Positions 25,084-38,405 are shown, counted from the whole stretch's first letter. The stretch is 63,877 nucleotides of DNA, filler included, from Octopus bimaculoides (GCF_001194135.2; 8 parts of 7 records of this genome joined end to end with filler, not necessarily neighbours in it); one strand, 5' to 3'. The notes: generated by a model not told the origin, from the sequence alone. Made by a program: numbers and translations.

Positions 25084-25839
25084 ATGTATGTATGTATCTA
25101 TATCTATATCTATATATCTATATATATATATATATATACACACGCACTCACACTCATGCATATATGTATATAATAAAATATATATGTGTGTGTGTGTGTG
25201 TATTTTCACATGCGTATCATCTTGATAAACGCTTTATATGGAGAGTGACATTTCTGTGAGTTGTCTGTTTATGATAAATATTATTAGAGTAGTTGTCATG
25301 CATACACACACACACACACACACACGCCTCCCAGCACACACACNNNNNNNNNNACACACACACGCCTCCCAGCACACACACACACATACTGGGCGGAGGG
25401 AGTGCGCGACATTATTCGTGGGCGTCCACTCCAACTGGTGAGTAAATTTCCCACGAGGCTGTCTGAGATGACATGGTCCGATCCAACTCCGAGACAGTGC
25501 ATTCTTCCGCATTGGAGACCTCCATAGTTTCTCTGCATACGTTTACGACATGTGACGAAAACTACATCAGTAAAGAATTCCAGTGAAATAGACTGATGCA
25601 GTCATCTTAGAACACAGACATGAAATGAAACGAAATCCTCAATATTCAGTGGTGGCAATAATGATGTGTTTGAAACCAGAGTTTGTAGTCTCTGCTGGTC
25701 ACCCGGCTTGTTTCACAGATATCTCAGCATTCACACAAAACCAGCAAAATATTCGAAAATTTTATGGCGCTAGTCATGATCTACATCGACAAACAGGAGT
25801 AAAGACTAAACATTAAAATAAATTTTACATAAAATAAAT

Positions 25840-25980
25840 GTTACACAATGAGGAAGAGGTGAAGTTTAAAACTTCTGGTAAAACACTTCGTCGGATATAT
25901 GTACAAGCAGTTTATTCAGTCCTGGCGAAGAATTTATTCCGAAACGTTACACTTCTCTTCTTCATCACAGCGTATTATTA
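25840..25980 (+). mobile_element. Penelope-type 3' remnant with degenerate hammerhead core
   Basis: CTGGCGA-AGAATTTATTCC-GAAACGTT. Confidence 0.4.
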
Positions 25981-26255
25981 TATATAACTTCTTCCAGCAG
26001 ATTATGTTTTTATTAATATGTCTTTGCAAGACGAAAAACTCTTCAATTTCTGATACCGACGAGTATTAACTTCGATGATGTAAACAAATTAATTGTTAAT
26101 ATGTCAAATATCAATTATATTAATTAACAATAGTAATCTATATTCAATAATTTGAAATCAACAGTTTCAAATGTACGACAATAATTTGAAATTAAGAAAG
26201 AGCTTCAAATTCACTTTCGGGATGCTCATGTTATTCGGCAAATCATTTCCTTGTT

Positions 26256-26556
26256 TAAGTCACTGGATTGCGGCAGCCATGCTGGAGTACAATCTTCAAG
26301 GGGTTTAGTACTTTTTCTTTAAGTGCTACTTATTCTATCGGTCTCACTTGCGCAACATTTAAGTTACGGGGAATTGTACAAATTAACACACGCGCACAAC
26401 GGCCTTTCACTTTCCGTCTACCAAATCCACTTTTAAGTTTCAAAGTTTCAATTGAGCTGGCGCTATAGTAGAAGACATCTGTTCAAGGTGACGCGCAGTA
26501 GGATTGAACCAAAGACCACCTGTTTGAGAAGCAATCTTCTTACCCACATAGCCATG
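26256..26556 (-). mobile_element. SINE family A (old, diverged)
   Basis: CAGCCATGCTGGAGTAC...TTCCGTCTACCAAATCCAC...CTTACCCACATAGCCA. Confidence 0.75.
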
Positions 26557-27094
26557 CATATGTAATGTATCGATTTCTATAATATATGCATTTATTACAT
26601 GAGAGCAAAAACAATCGATTCCCAGTGTACTTTTATTACATCGTAATTATTTAATTTTTCTATATATAAACATTATTTTCATTATATATATATATATATT
26701 GTATATCAAAGTTTTCTATTTTTACATTATATATTTTAACATCAAAACAAAAAGACGAAATCTAAAGTCATATCGGACCTGACGGGAATTGCGCTGTGGC
26801 ATTGGGATTATTGATTCACGTCACAAGACCCTGCTTAGCCTATACCCCGACCCTCAAGTATTTCTCCGACCTCGCGGTTCTTCAAGCCAGCTAATATAAC
26901 ACCAAGCATAGAAACAGACTAAATGAAACATGATATTTTCACTGGTTTTCCAGAAATGTTTTGATAGCATTCGGTTAATTTCTTTTGTTTGCGTGGTAAT
27001 TAAATTTTCAAGGCTTTGCTATTTTGGTTAGATAGAATTTCCTGAGGGGGGTAGGGGTCATTCCTAAGGGGTCATTGAAGTAGCGCAACTGGCT

Positions 27095-27290
27095 TTAGTA
27101 ATTCCTTGCCGTAGGTTATTGGTCACGTTTATATTCTGAGTTCGAATCCATCCGGCTTACATTGTTCCGGCATGGAGGGAGGTGGAGGAGGTCGATGAAA
27201 TAAAGTACCGATCAAGTACAGGGATCGATTCTATCGACTAACCATTTGCTGCGAAATGTGTGGCCTTGTGCCAAAAATAGAAGCCATTAT
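27095..27290 (+). mobile_element. SINE family B (old)
   Basis: TTCTGAGTTCGAATCC box B; GGTCGATGAAATAAAGTACC; GGCCTTGTGCCAAAA tail. Confidence 0.65.
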
Positions 27291-27650
27291 TGGATTCTGT
27301 GTTGCTAATCTTCTTCGTATCGATGTTTATCTTCACCTTCTAAAAAAGCACACCAATACACCAAGTATACACTCGCAAATATACACATGTATACACATAT
27401 ATACACATATATAGATACATAAACCGTTACATACATATATACATACATATATACTTATATACGTATACATGCATACCCATACGTGCATACATACTTAAAT
27501 GCACGAATATATGCACATATATACACACATATATACACACATGCACGTATATATAAGTATATGTGTGTGTGTGTGAGAGAGAGTGAGTGTGTGTATGTGT
27601 GCCTACATACATAAATACTTACATTGAAACATACACACAAACACAAATGC

Positions 27651-27681
<31 letters not shown>

Positions 27682-27929
27682 TGCACTCATAGAACCATAT
27701 GCACATATATGAACACTACATACATAGACATGAATAAACATACTCAAATATACGCATATACGCATATACACATATACACACATACATATATATATCCCTG
27801 TCTGTCAGTTTCTAAATACTCTGTGTAAACAATATCTTCAAAACGCCAAACAACATTAAGGCGAAAATGTGGGTTACAGCCAACAAGAGAATAAATAAAT
27901 GGCTCAGGCGTGAACTATCACAGATTACA

Positions 27930-27954
27930 TGTACTGCTGCTGCTGCTGCTGCTG

Positions 27955-27988
<34 letters not shown>

Positions 27989-28308
27989 AATACTACTACT
28001 ACTACTACTGGTACTCGTGCTGCTGCTGCTGCTACGACTACTACTACTACGACTTAAAACTGACGGGATAATTTTTAGCATCAATAATTCTATATTTACT
28101 ACTGATATTACCATTATTACTATCATTATTATTATGATTATTGTTATCATCATCATCATCATCATCATCATCATTATCATTATTATTATTATTATTATCA
28201 TTATTATTATTATCATCATTATTATTATCATTACTATTATTATTGTTATTATCAGAATTATTATCATTGTTATTTTTATTATTATTATCATTATTATTAT
28301 TACAATTA

Positions 28309-28370
<62 letters not shown>
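27930..28370. repeat. Compound (CTG)n/(CTA)n/(ATC)n/(ATT)n microsatellite
   Basis: Direct inspection. Confidence 0.95.
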
Positions 28371-28379
28371 TATGCTATG

Positions 28380-28545
28380 CATATGTCCCTCCATTTTCAG
28401 TGTATATCGTGTATACTTACTTTCTTTCATTTTTTAATTTTGTTTTGTTTTTTTTCATTTCATTATATGTAAACCCGCACACTTTATGTCTGTCTGTCTC
28501 TGAATGGTCCCCCTCATCTTTCGCCCTTGTGGCAAATAAACGAAA
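28380..28545 (+). mobile_element. Tx1-like LINE 3' end remnant
   Basis: TGTAAACCC...GCCCTTGTGGCAAATAAACGAAA plus (ATC)n, matching 56400-56486. Confidence 0.55.
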
Positions 28546-28577
28546 TCATCATCACCATCATCATTATTATTATTATT

Positions 28578-29160
28578 GTTCAGTAGTTTTATTTTTTTAA
28601 CGTGCTTTCACTTCACTACCGAGCGCAGCTCTGTGCGCCTTGGGTATGTGCTGTGGTTTGCTGTGGTGCTCTTATGGTTACTGTATTGAAAGTGTTTTGC
28701 GTAGGATGTGTGCTGTGCCCAGTAGTGCAATTTTCTTTATGTTATATATATTTGTAAGTCCTGGTGTTTTTGTTATGTATTTGTCTGAATATTTTTTTAT
28801 TATACCTAAGGCACCTACTATGATAGGAATTGTTTCTGNNNNNNNNNNNNNNNNNNNNNNNNNNNNNNNNNNNNNNNNNNNNNNNNNNNNNNNNNNNNNN
28901 NNNNNNNNNNNNNNNNNNNNNNNNNNNNNNNNNNNNNNNNNNNNNNNNNNNNNNNNTATACCATCTTTTTTCTGTTGTTATTCCATAGTGTTGGCATAGC
29001 TTCCAGTGTATATAGGTCCCAGCTCTGTCGTGTCTGTGAATATATTCCTTCTTAGCCAGGACTGGGCAGCCAGAGATAATATGATTTATTGTTTCTTGTC
29101 CATCTCCACATATTCTACAGTTACTTATTATATTTCTTTTCATTATGTGTTTTTGGTAAT
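28578..29160 (-). mobile_element. R4/Dong non-LTR retrotransposon, 5'-truncated (CCHC plus REL region)
   Basis: CRICGDGQETINHIISGCPVLAKKEYIHRHD zinc knuckle; (ATT)n on both sides; 3' UTR closely matches the copies at 47434, 51209 and 52658. Confidence 0.9.
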
Positions 29161-29165
29161 TTCTG

Positions 29166-29200
<35 letters not shown>

Positions 29201-29814
29201 ATCGAGGTCCGCCCAGAGCGATGAAACCGTTCTGCCCGCCCTAGTCCAGTGCCCGAGTATTGCTGACCTGGGGGTTTATGTCGAACACCTGCTGTCACGT
29301 CTAGGACGGATCCGGCTATCAGCTGAAACCATTATGAAGATTGCCTCGCCGCCCTCTTTTGGCCGGAAGGGGCAGGCAATTTTTATTTGTCTAGTGGCTG
29401 TAGCGAAAGAAGTAGTATGGTGGACCTGCTTGAAAGGGCTAAAGACGGACACTTTCCTCTTTGGTCAAGCACTCATCAACTTTTTCAAGTTTCACTTGAA
29501 AAAAAGGAAGTTGAGGGTGGAGAGGGAAGCGTTGCCTTGTAGGAAGTTTGTTGAAAGGTGGGTGAATGCTGGAAGAATGGCCAGTGTGAAAAGAGAGTGC
29601 CACTGTGAAAAAAATAAAGAAGGACTCTTGCCTTTTGTGGGATTTTCCACGAGGACCTTAAGGAGTTTTTAGGAGTTTTTAATTTGTTCAATTTTAATTC
29701 TTATTTATTTCGTTTACACTTGGAAAACCCATTGTATCGTCTCGTTTTTGTCTTTTTATGTTGTTGCATGTCTTTTCATGTTGTTCTATGTGAGCTCATG
29801 CGATAATAAAAGAA
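29201..29814 (+). mobile_element. Tx1/L1-like LINE 3' fragment ending at (TTC)n
   Basis: QSDETVLPALVQCP (degenerate CCHC)...IFICLVAVAKEVVWWT...FVERWV; 3' UTR with AATAAAAGAA immediately followed by (TTC)n. Confidence 0.8.
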
Positions 29815-30079
29815 TTCTTCTTCTTCTTCTTCTTCTTCTTCTTCTTCTTCTTCTTCTTCTTCTTCTTCTTCTTCTTCTTCTTCTTCCTCTACTACTACTA
29901 CTTCATCTTCTTCACTTTCTTCTTCACCATCATCATCTTCTTCTTCTTCTTCCTCTACTACTACTACTTCTTCTTCTTCACTTTTTTCTTCATCATCATC
30001 ATCATCATCTTCTTCTTCTTCTTCTTCTTCTTCTTCTTCTTCCCCTACTNNNNNNNNNNTCTTCTTCTTCTTCTTCTTC

Positions 30080-30120
<41 letters not shown>
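29815..30120. repeat. (TTC)n/(CAT)n/(ATT)n compound microsatellite
   Basis: Direct inspection. Confidence 0.95.
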
Positions 30121-30125
<5 letters not shown>

Positions 30126-30334
30126 CTCCTTCACTTTCGTCCCCCTTCCTTTAGGTAACCTCTCCCCTCCCAGCAGGAATTTTAAACTCCAACCTGTAAT
30201 GTCCCCCACATTTGAAGGCCCTGCAGCAAATAAAATAAATCATCAACATCATCATCATCATCATCATCATCATTATTAGTGTTATTATCATCATCATCAT
30301 CATTATGAATACGGATTTATATCGTTACTACTGC

Positions 30335-30377
<43 letters not shown>

Positions 30378-32452
30378 TTTTGTTGTTGTTGTTGTTGTGT
30401 GGTGGTAGGGTAGCGGTGGTGGAGGTGGTGTGGTAGGGTGGTGCTGGATTTTGTGGTGTTTATTGATTCTTGAGACTGGAACCAGCATATGTTACCAATG
30501 CCCTTGAGATTGATCTAAGCACATCACGGCTCTCCATCCCCCCACCTCGGCACCAAATCTCAGAAACCACGTCTGAATATGTGTGTGTATGTGTGTTTGT
30601 CTGCGTATGTGTTTGTGCATAAGGGAATTATAACGCAATCACTATCACGCGCATGCTTTCGTACACACGAGCACGCACATAGAGGCTCATTCACAATCCT
30701 AAACACTTTTCAACATAGATATAGGTTTCAATGTTAATACACAGTTGTGGATTAACCTCGTATGGCACGAAGAATTTTTCCATTTATAAATACACACACA
30801 CACACANNNNNNNNNNNNNNNNNNNNNNNNNNNNNNNNNNNNNNNNNNNNNNNNNNNNNNNNNNNNNNNNNNNNNNNNNNNNNNNNNNNNNNNNNNNNNN
30901 NNNNNNNNNNNNNNNNNNNNNNNNNNNNNNNNNNNNNNNNNNNNNNNNNNNNNNNNNNNNNNNNNNNNNNNNNNNNNNNNNNNNNNNNNNNNNNNNNNNN
31001 NNNNNNNNNNNNNNNNNNNNNNNNNNNNNNNNNNNNNNNNNNNNNNNNNNNNNNNNNNNNNNNNNNNNNNNNNNNNNNNNNNNNNNNNNNNNNNNNNNNN
31101 NNNNNNNNNNNNNNNNNNNNNNNNNNNNNNNNNNNNNNNNNNNNNNNNNNNNNNNNNNNNNNNNNNNNNNNNNNNNNNNNNNNNNNNNNNNNNNNNNNNN
31201 NNATATATATATATATATATATATACATCTATATATACATATATATATTTATGCATATATATGTATATGTGTATGTATTTATGTATACCATCTTCCACTT
31301 TCCTCTCATTCTTCTAGTATTCTCACTGCATCTGTCTTCAACTATTCTTTTTAATGAATTTAAAAATACAATTGGAGTCTTTAGAGAGATTTATTTAGAT
31401 TTACAGAAACGATTTTCACAATTTCATGAAATTCAAATTTTCAGAAATAGTGCGAGATGGAAAGACCCGAAGCTATGACGAATTCCGCAGAAAAAGAAAC
31501 CATGTTTCTAAGACAAGGTCAATCAACGAAAATTGTAAATAAATTCTTCGTTTCCTTCTCAAATTATACCAAAGCATGTGTTGTTATCAGCGGAATCAGG
31601 CAGACAGGACCATGTTAAAAGCGTCCTATTTAAATGGTGGGCATCCGTCGTTTGGCAATAAAGATTCAGTTTTTTCATCAACTAAAGTTCCTTCGCAGCC
31701 ACTTATGCTAAAGCGTAAGAGGTTGCGTATTCCACAGACATGTGTGCCCGTAACGTAATTTTCACGCAGAGTCAGCGTACCGCAGCGTGTGACAAGGCTT
31801 GAATTACAGGTACAATCCGCCGTACAAGTTTTTTCTGTATTATATTTGATAGTATAGAAGATGCACGGACAGATTTGACTCACCCAGAAGTCAGCAATAT
31901 TCATTCAGGAAGAAATCTTGTAAGGCATTGCAGCATGTTTTATACAGTCGTCTTTGTATATCGGGTGCGGAGTAATGTTAGGAGACACAATTTGGGGCAA
32001 AAGAACGTTTCACATCCTATCAAATACGGTAGTTCTCGTCGTCTTATTTTCACTCGAAGCTGTAAAAAAAGAAAAAAGAATGGCATTTGTCCAAGATGGC
32101 ACGGTGTGGGATCAAACCCGTGAACGCGTGATTGCGAAGTGAACTTCTTAACCGTTCAGCCATACTTATGTCTACTCTGATCATAAGCACGTTGCTAAAG
32201 CAGAAACAAAACTCAGGAAGTTACGAATGCCAATAAATCTTTTGCGACTTCACTGTCTGCGTCTGCGAAATAATTTACGAAAGAATAATGAAACTAATTC
32301 AAAGAAATTCTTTGTAGAACTGGTGTTTGGTATTTAAATCAATTAACGGAACTGGGTTATTGTATTAAGACAGGAAATTACAAGCATGCATTTCTTACGA
32401 TTCTGACCGTCTTCCCTATGATGATATGATATGATTTATTTTAAACGCGGAC

Positions 32453-32513
<61 letters not shown>

Positions 32514-32517
32514 CATA

Positions 32518-32721
32518 CAGGGTATTCAAAAGGTGTCTCCGCAATGAAATTCTTTTTTCCTCTTCCGCATCACCATGGCGCTACTTCGGACTTTGACCAC
32601 CAAGATCACTCGATTTAACACAGCTATACCTCTTCTTTCTGGGGAGCAAGCAAAGGGCTAGTGTATACAAGAATCGCCCGAAAACCATTAAATACTGCGT
32701 GAAGACTTTGTGAACACCCTA
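32518..32721 (+). mobile_element. Tc1/mariner internally deleted derivative (about 204 bp)
   Basis: TA|CAGGGTATTCA...TGAACACCCT imperfect TIRs; internal xPPRSLDLTQL..FFLG, a decayed WPPRSPDLTPxDFFLWG motif. Confidence 0.75.
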
Positions 32722-33328
32722 TATATATATATATATATATATNNNNNNNNNNNNNNNNNNNNNNNNNNNNNNNNNNNNNNNNNNNNNNNNNNNNNNNNNN
32801 NNNNNNNNNNNNNNNNNNNNNNNNNNNNNNNNNNNNNNNNNNNNNNNNNNNNNNNNNNNNNNNNNNNNNNNNNNNNNNNNNNNNNNNNNNNNNNNNNNNN
32901 NNNNNNNNNNNNNNNNNNNNNNNNNNNNNNNNNNNNNNNNNNNNNNNNNNNNNNNNNNNNNNNNNNNNNNNNNNNNNNNNNNNNNNNNNNNNNNNNNNNN
33001 NNNNNNNNNNNNNNNNNNNNNNNNNNNNNNNNNNNNNNNNNNNNNNNNNNNNNNNNNNNNNNNNNNNNNNNNNNNNNNNNNNNNNNNNNNNNNNNNNNNN
33101 NNNNNNNNNNNNNNNNNNNNNNNNNNNNNNNNNNNNNNNNNNNNNNNNNNNNNNNNNNNNNNNNNNNNNNNNNNNNNNNNNNNNNNNNNNNNNNNNNNNN
33201 NNNNNNNNNNNNNNNNNNNNNNNNNNNNNNNNNNNNNNNNNNNNNNNNNNNNNNNNNNNNNNNNNNNNNNNNNNNNNNNNNNNNNNNNNNNNNNNNNNNN
33301 NNNNNNNNNNNNNNNNNNNNNNNNNNNN

Positions 33329-33364
<36 letters not shown>

Positions 33365-33368
<4 letters not shown>

Positions 33369-33530
33369 GACTAGCTTCTTTCAGTTTCCGTCTACCAAAT
33401 ATCTACTCACAAGGCTTTGGTCAGCTCAGGGCTCTACAGTAGAAGACACTTGACCAAGGTGCAATGCAGTGGAACTGAACCCAGTGCCATGTGGCTGAGA
33501 AGCAAGCTTCTTACCACACAGCCAAGCCTG
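33365..33530 (-). mobile_element. SINE family A, 5' half
   Basis: CTTCTTTCAGTTTCCGTCTACCAAAT...CTTACCACACAGCCA. Confidence 0.85.
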
Positions 33531-33810
33531 CGCCTATAAGTGTGTGTGCGCGTGTATAAACTTACGCATACACACATACGTACTCATATATGGAAAGTGA
33601 GATTATTTAATTGCGTGCATATTCGGATATACGTAATTGTGTTACGTATTCTTTTCCAACATTCTCTTTACCTTACTGCATTACGTCTTAATGGATACAA
33701 AACTGACTCCGATCTGCCCTTCGTGATAAACATCACAAACGTTAACTTGGTCGATGCAGTTTCTGCTGTTGATGTTGCTATTGCTGTCGATTTTATTATT
33801 ATTATTATTA

Positions 33811-33859
<49 letters not shown>

Positions 33860-34152
33860 TGTTATCGCAGTTGTTAATTATAGTTCGGAGTCAGAAATAG
33901 TTGGCTCCTTCACAGGGAGGAGATGGCTGTGTTTCAAGACATGCAGCAAAGTAATACCCCCATCCCCACCCTAGCCCACTTTACACCCCTAGCGACCCAC
34001 CACCACCACCATACCCGAGTGGCCGCCATAGCTGACGTCATGGTGGTGTGGGGTGTTCATACAGGTAGATATACATATATGTAAACAAGTTAACACAAAC
34101 ACTCACACACAAACTTCGACATACATGCACACACACACACACACATACACAT

Positions 34153-34203
<51 letters not shown>

Positions 34204-35499
34204 AATAATATATATATGAGTGTATATATGTATGTATATTTGTCTGTATGTATGGTTTTATTATAAGTTATATAACGCATTTTAGGATTGCGCAATACGT
34301 AATAGTGGAGTTGATGTGTATTGACTCTTACTAGGAATATGTTGAATGTGACTTCGAAGTTTTGGCTGGCTCACCTTCAGTAGACTGACTGACCAACCCG
34401 AGTGTTGCAGTTGCGCTTAAGTGGTGTGGTTTTTAGTGTTGTAACAGTGTTGTCAACATTTTCCTAACAAAAGTTAACACACACGCACTCACGCACGCAC
34501 ACGCACACGCACACACGCACACACACATACACACACATGCACACACAAACACACACATGCACACACATGTATATGTATATATATGNNNNNNNNNNATATA
34601 TGTATATATATGTGTGTGTGTGTCCGTGCATGAATATATATGATATACGTATGTGTGTGTGTTTGGGTGTGTGTTTAGGTGTGTGTGTGTTTGTGTGTTT
34701 GGGTGTGTGTTTGTGTATCTTTATTGACTGCTAGAAATGAGGAGTAGATAAACAGCTGATGAAGGGTCGTTCTCTGCTCTTTGGCTACTTCCTCATAAAA
34801 ATAACTTTTAATTTGATAAGACATTCTAAAATACTATTAAATTTCATTCAATTTTAAAAAAGGTAAAATCGGACAAAACTTATGGGATGACCTGATATGT
34901 AAAATTAAGCGAATAAAATAACATTGCAAAATTCTAGTTTCTCTTGTGTAACCCCTCGTAAACAAGAGAATATCTTAACCTATACTAATATATAGATATC
35001 CATGGATATATTCAGTCGCTCTTGGGAAAAAAAACTATATATTTTATAGTTGTATAGACATATTTGAGGTCACTCTACTTATGCAATGATCCCAAAATAG
35101 GTAGATTATATGCAAATTCTGTAACATTTCCAAGGCCTATGTGAGGTTTCCAACTCACCGTTGTAAGCTTATGAAACCAACAAACCTGTTCTTGTCTTCT
35201 GTCGCTATTTATTTCTCTTTGAACGAAGATATTGAACTCTAAATTATCCACGGCTAGTTTGATCGTGTAATACTTTGGAGTAATTATTATTTGCTACATT
35301 GAAGAAGGAGATATCATGTCAGATATACAATGCAGCATCATTATCGGGTTAATAAACACTGACCTTTTGTTCAGCAAGTCAATATTGCTCTATGGCCGGT
35401 CAACTGTGAAGCTATATCTGCACTTAAACATTTTGCGGTTGACTGCGTTCATCATTCTTGTATTTAGAGAGAAATGAGTTGATTTTATATATATATATA

Positions 35500-35530
<31 letters not shown>

Positions 35531-35675
35531 NNNNNNNNNNNNNNNNNNNNNNNNNNNNNNNNNNNNNNNNNNNNTTAATTAATTAANNNNNNNNNNNNNN
35601 NNNNNNNNNNNNNNNNNNNNNNNNNNNNNNAATATTTCCATAATTTTCGAATACTTGGGACATTTTCCTTTTTTG

Positions 35676-35706
<31 letters not shown>

Positions 35707-35939
35707 CTTTTGTGAAGGGTAGGTAGGTAGGTAGGTAGGTAGGTAGGTAGGCAGGTAGGTAGGTAGGTTGCTTGGTTGGTATGTAGGTAAGTAGAAAGAC
35801 AGATAGATAGATATAGCATTGTACATAAATCCGAGTGGATAACACTCCCTAAATTGTTATGTTTTTTTGCATTATTTTTGTACCAGTATACTATATCCAT
35901 ACTTTCATTCTTTGATTTATATAACCTACCTAATATTTG

Positions 35940-37590
35940 TCTACCTTGGCTTTTATCTAATTAGTCTTCAATGCTTTATCTTGTGCTGCTAGTAATAAAT
36001 TTTCGTCTCCATTTTCATTCTTCCTTTCTGCAACGACAACCATGCCTCACTATTACCGTTTTCTGCAGCCATTTGTCGTAATCTATCATGCAAAGCCTTC
36101 TCTTGCCAGTCAGATAATCTTGTTTCTTTTTTGTTCTATTTTTTATTTGTCTTCTAACGTCGTTTGCCTTTTTGGTTTTTCTAGGGATGTTTACGAAATC
36201 TGGCAACAACATATTTTTTCATGTCTCACGAATTTTTATAAAGGTTCTTTCAGAATATTGCATGAATATTGCATGATACTTTAATGCAGAACAATCCGTG
36301 AATTATCGTTTAACATGATAGCCCTTGGCTCGTATACATACGTAGGTTCGGTTGTTTGGTATACACAATCATTGTTAGTGCTTACCATCTTATTTCTGTC
36401 AATATTTCAAAATGCTGTCAAAATATTGTATTTGCTTGGAATGCGCCATATGTCAATATGTCTAATTCTTTCACAAAGATTTAGCAATCAGAAACAATAT
36501 GTATTTTCTTCCCCAACTGCACATATAATAGTATTCAATCACCTATTGTATTTTATTACAAAGAATAATGATTTCTAGAAATCGTTTGTGTCCGCTTTCA
36601 TTGCTATTAAGATCTTTAAACTTCAATTTCAACCCAGTTTTTAGCCCGAGGTACATTTGATTTTCATCCGTTTCATCTTAATTCATTTTTCTAGAATTTT
36701 GACCATAAACATTTGTTTTAGCAGATATCGCCATATTTCTATTGTGTTTAGGTTTTCTTGTGTTATTATTTTGTTTCATTTCTGCCGCAAATGAATTTAT
36801 ATTTTTGTATGGTAGCATTTAATATTTCCATTATTGTTTCCTGTATAATTTGGTTGCCTGCCAATCAGGCTTGTGGCTGACTGAAAGTACACGTCATTTA
36901 AGAGACCCCCAAAAACGCTGAATTGCGTCTGTCAACGTTGCTGGCCGTCGCTGCTGGTGTTGATTTCGCATTTCTCTTATTTTTTGGCGCTTTTAACACG
37001 ACGTCTATACAAGATTTCATCTTTGGACGAATACCGCAATAACAGGCCTATCAACTGAGCGCTTATATTATATATGATTCATAAACGACTTTATAAATTC
37101 TCTAGTACTGTTCTATATTTCTGAGATGGGGAATTCTGTACATTACTTACACTATTTACATTGGACGGATGTGTCCTCATCTAGTATTAGAAGTCCCCTA
37201 TATCTCTGTAATGTGGTAAACCATCCTCCTGTGATCTGTTTTGTGTTGTGTATTCTAAATGCTGCCGTTATTAACCTTCTGTCTTATCTTCCAAATTGTC
37301 TGAGTGTCCAATAAAGAATATTCTTAGAACACTTGTTAATACCTATTATTTAATTGATTTTTATTGATACGTATTTCCCAGATCAATCTAATGTGTCTCC
37401 AGCATTCTTTGTAACATTCCTTCATCTGCTTCTTTTGCACTCTGTATAGTTCACCAATGCTCTATGTAATTCGTTCTATATTTTGTATGATTCCAAAATC
37501 TTTATATCTTTATCCTGTATAACTTTAGCGTATTTCATTAATTTTCTTCTGTTTAAACAAATTTGGTGAATATTTCTATACAACATTGTT
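35940..37590 (-). mobile_element. Ancient R4/Dong fragment, interrupted by an LTR-like insert
   Basis: Minus translation WLSLQKGRMKMET..LLAAQDKALKTNxIKAK parallels WLQEGRLKR..LLVAKQDRAIRTNWIKAK at 48500-48590; heavily decayed. Confidence 0.6.
37109..37331 (+). mobile_element. Solo-LTR-like element (223 bp)
   Basis: TG...CA ends with 7-bp terminal inverted repeat TGTTCTA/TAGAACA; AATAAA near the right end; no TSD seen. Confidence 0.5.
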
Positions 37591-37610
37591 ATTATTATTA
37601 TTATTATTAT

Positions 37611-37642
<32 letters not shown>

Positions 37643-37964
37643 AGGGGGTGAGCTGGGTGAATCGTTATCGATGTCGTTTATACCACTTTGACCCTTATTA
37701 AACAACAGAAATCACCACCGGCTTAATCCGTTTTAGAAGAAGGAAGTAATAACTACCTTTTCCAATGTGTTTCGTTTTTATTTAGCATCTCAAAACAGCT
37801 GTCACCCTTTGTTTACTAACCCAAGGCCTTTGCAATAATTTTGTCTATGTGTGCGTGAAAGAGAAAAGGTGATTCTGGTAATGTTTGTAAGTTTGATTTA
37901 GACGTTCGATTACGATTGTTGATATGAAGTAAAGTAAAATATTAAGTAAAATATTACTGTCAAA

Positions 37965-38169
37965 TTGTGGCACTAGATCAGCAATTTCAGGGAGATAGCG
38001 TAATTAGACCACATCATCTCAAGTGTTGGAATAGTACATATTTTATCGACCCCGAAGAGATGAAATACAAAGTTAAGCTTGGCAGAATTTGAACTCAGAA
38101 CATATAGACAGACGAAACGCCACTAAACATTTTGACTAGTGTGTTAATCTTTCTAGTAGCACGACGCTT
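37965..38169 (-). mobile_element. SINE family B (diverged)
   Basis: TTTTATCGACCCCGAAGAGATGAAA..GAATTTGAACTCAGAAC. Confidence 0.8.
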
Positions 38170-38203
38170 TATGTGAAATAAAATATTAATAATAATATAA
38201 AAT

Positions 38204-38405
38204 AGGCAGCGAGTACATTGGGCAAAATGCTAACCCACATTTCATCTGTTCTCGCATTTTCACTTCAAATTTTGCCGAGGTCGACTTTGTCTTTCATTCC
38301 TTCGCGATCGATAAAATAAGTACCAGTTAACCACTGGCATCGATGTAATCGATTTCCTCCCTCTCCCGGAATTTCTGGCCTTGTACCGAAATTTGAAAGA
38401 AATAT
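38204..38405 (+). mobile_element. SINE family B (diverged)
   Basis: GCCGAGGTCGACTTTGTCTTTCAT..GATAAAATAAGTACCAG. Confidence 0.82.

Noticed and set aside
25315-25385. CACACGCCTCCCAGCACAC duplicated
   Set aside because: Copies sit on both sides of a 10-N gap, so this is an unmerged contig overlap
31480-32080. Repeat-free, moderately GC-rich segment as an exon or enhancer
   Set aside because: No recognisable motif or convincing splice sites; cannot be supported without conservation data
34033-34040. CRE palindrome TGACGTCA
   Set aside because: A single 8-mer is close to chance expectation in 64 kb
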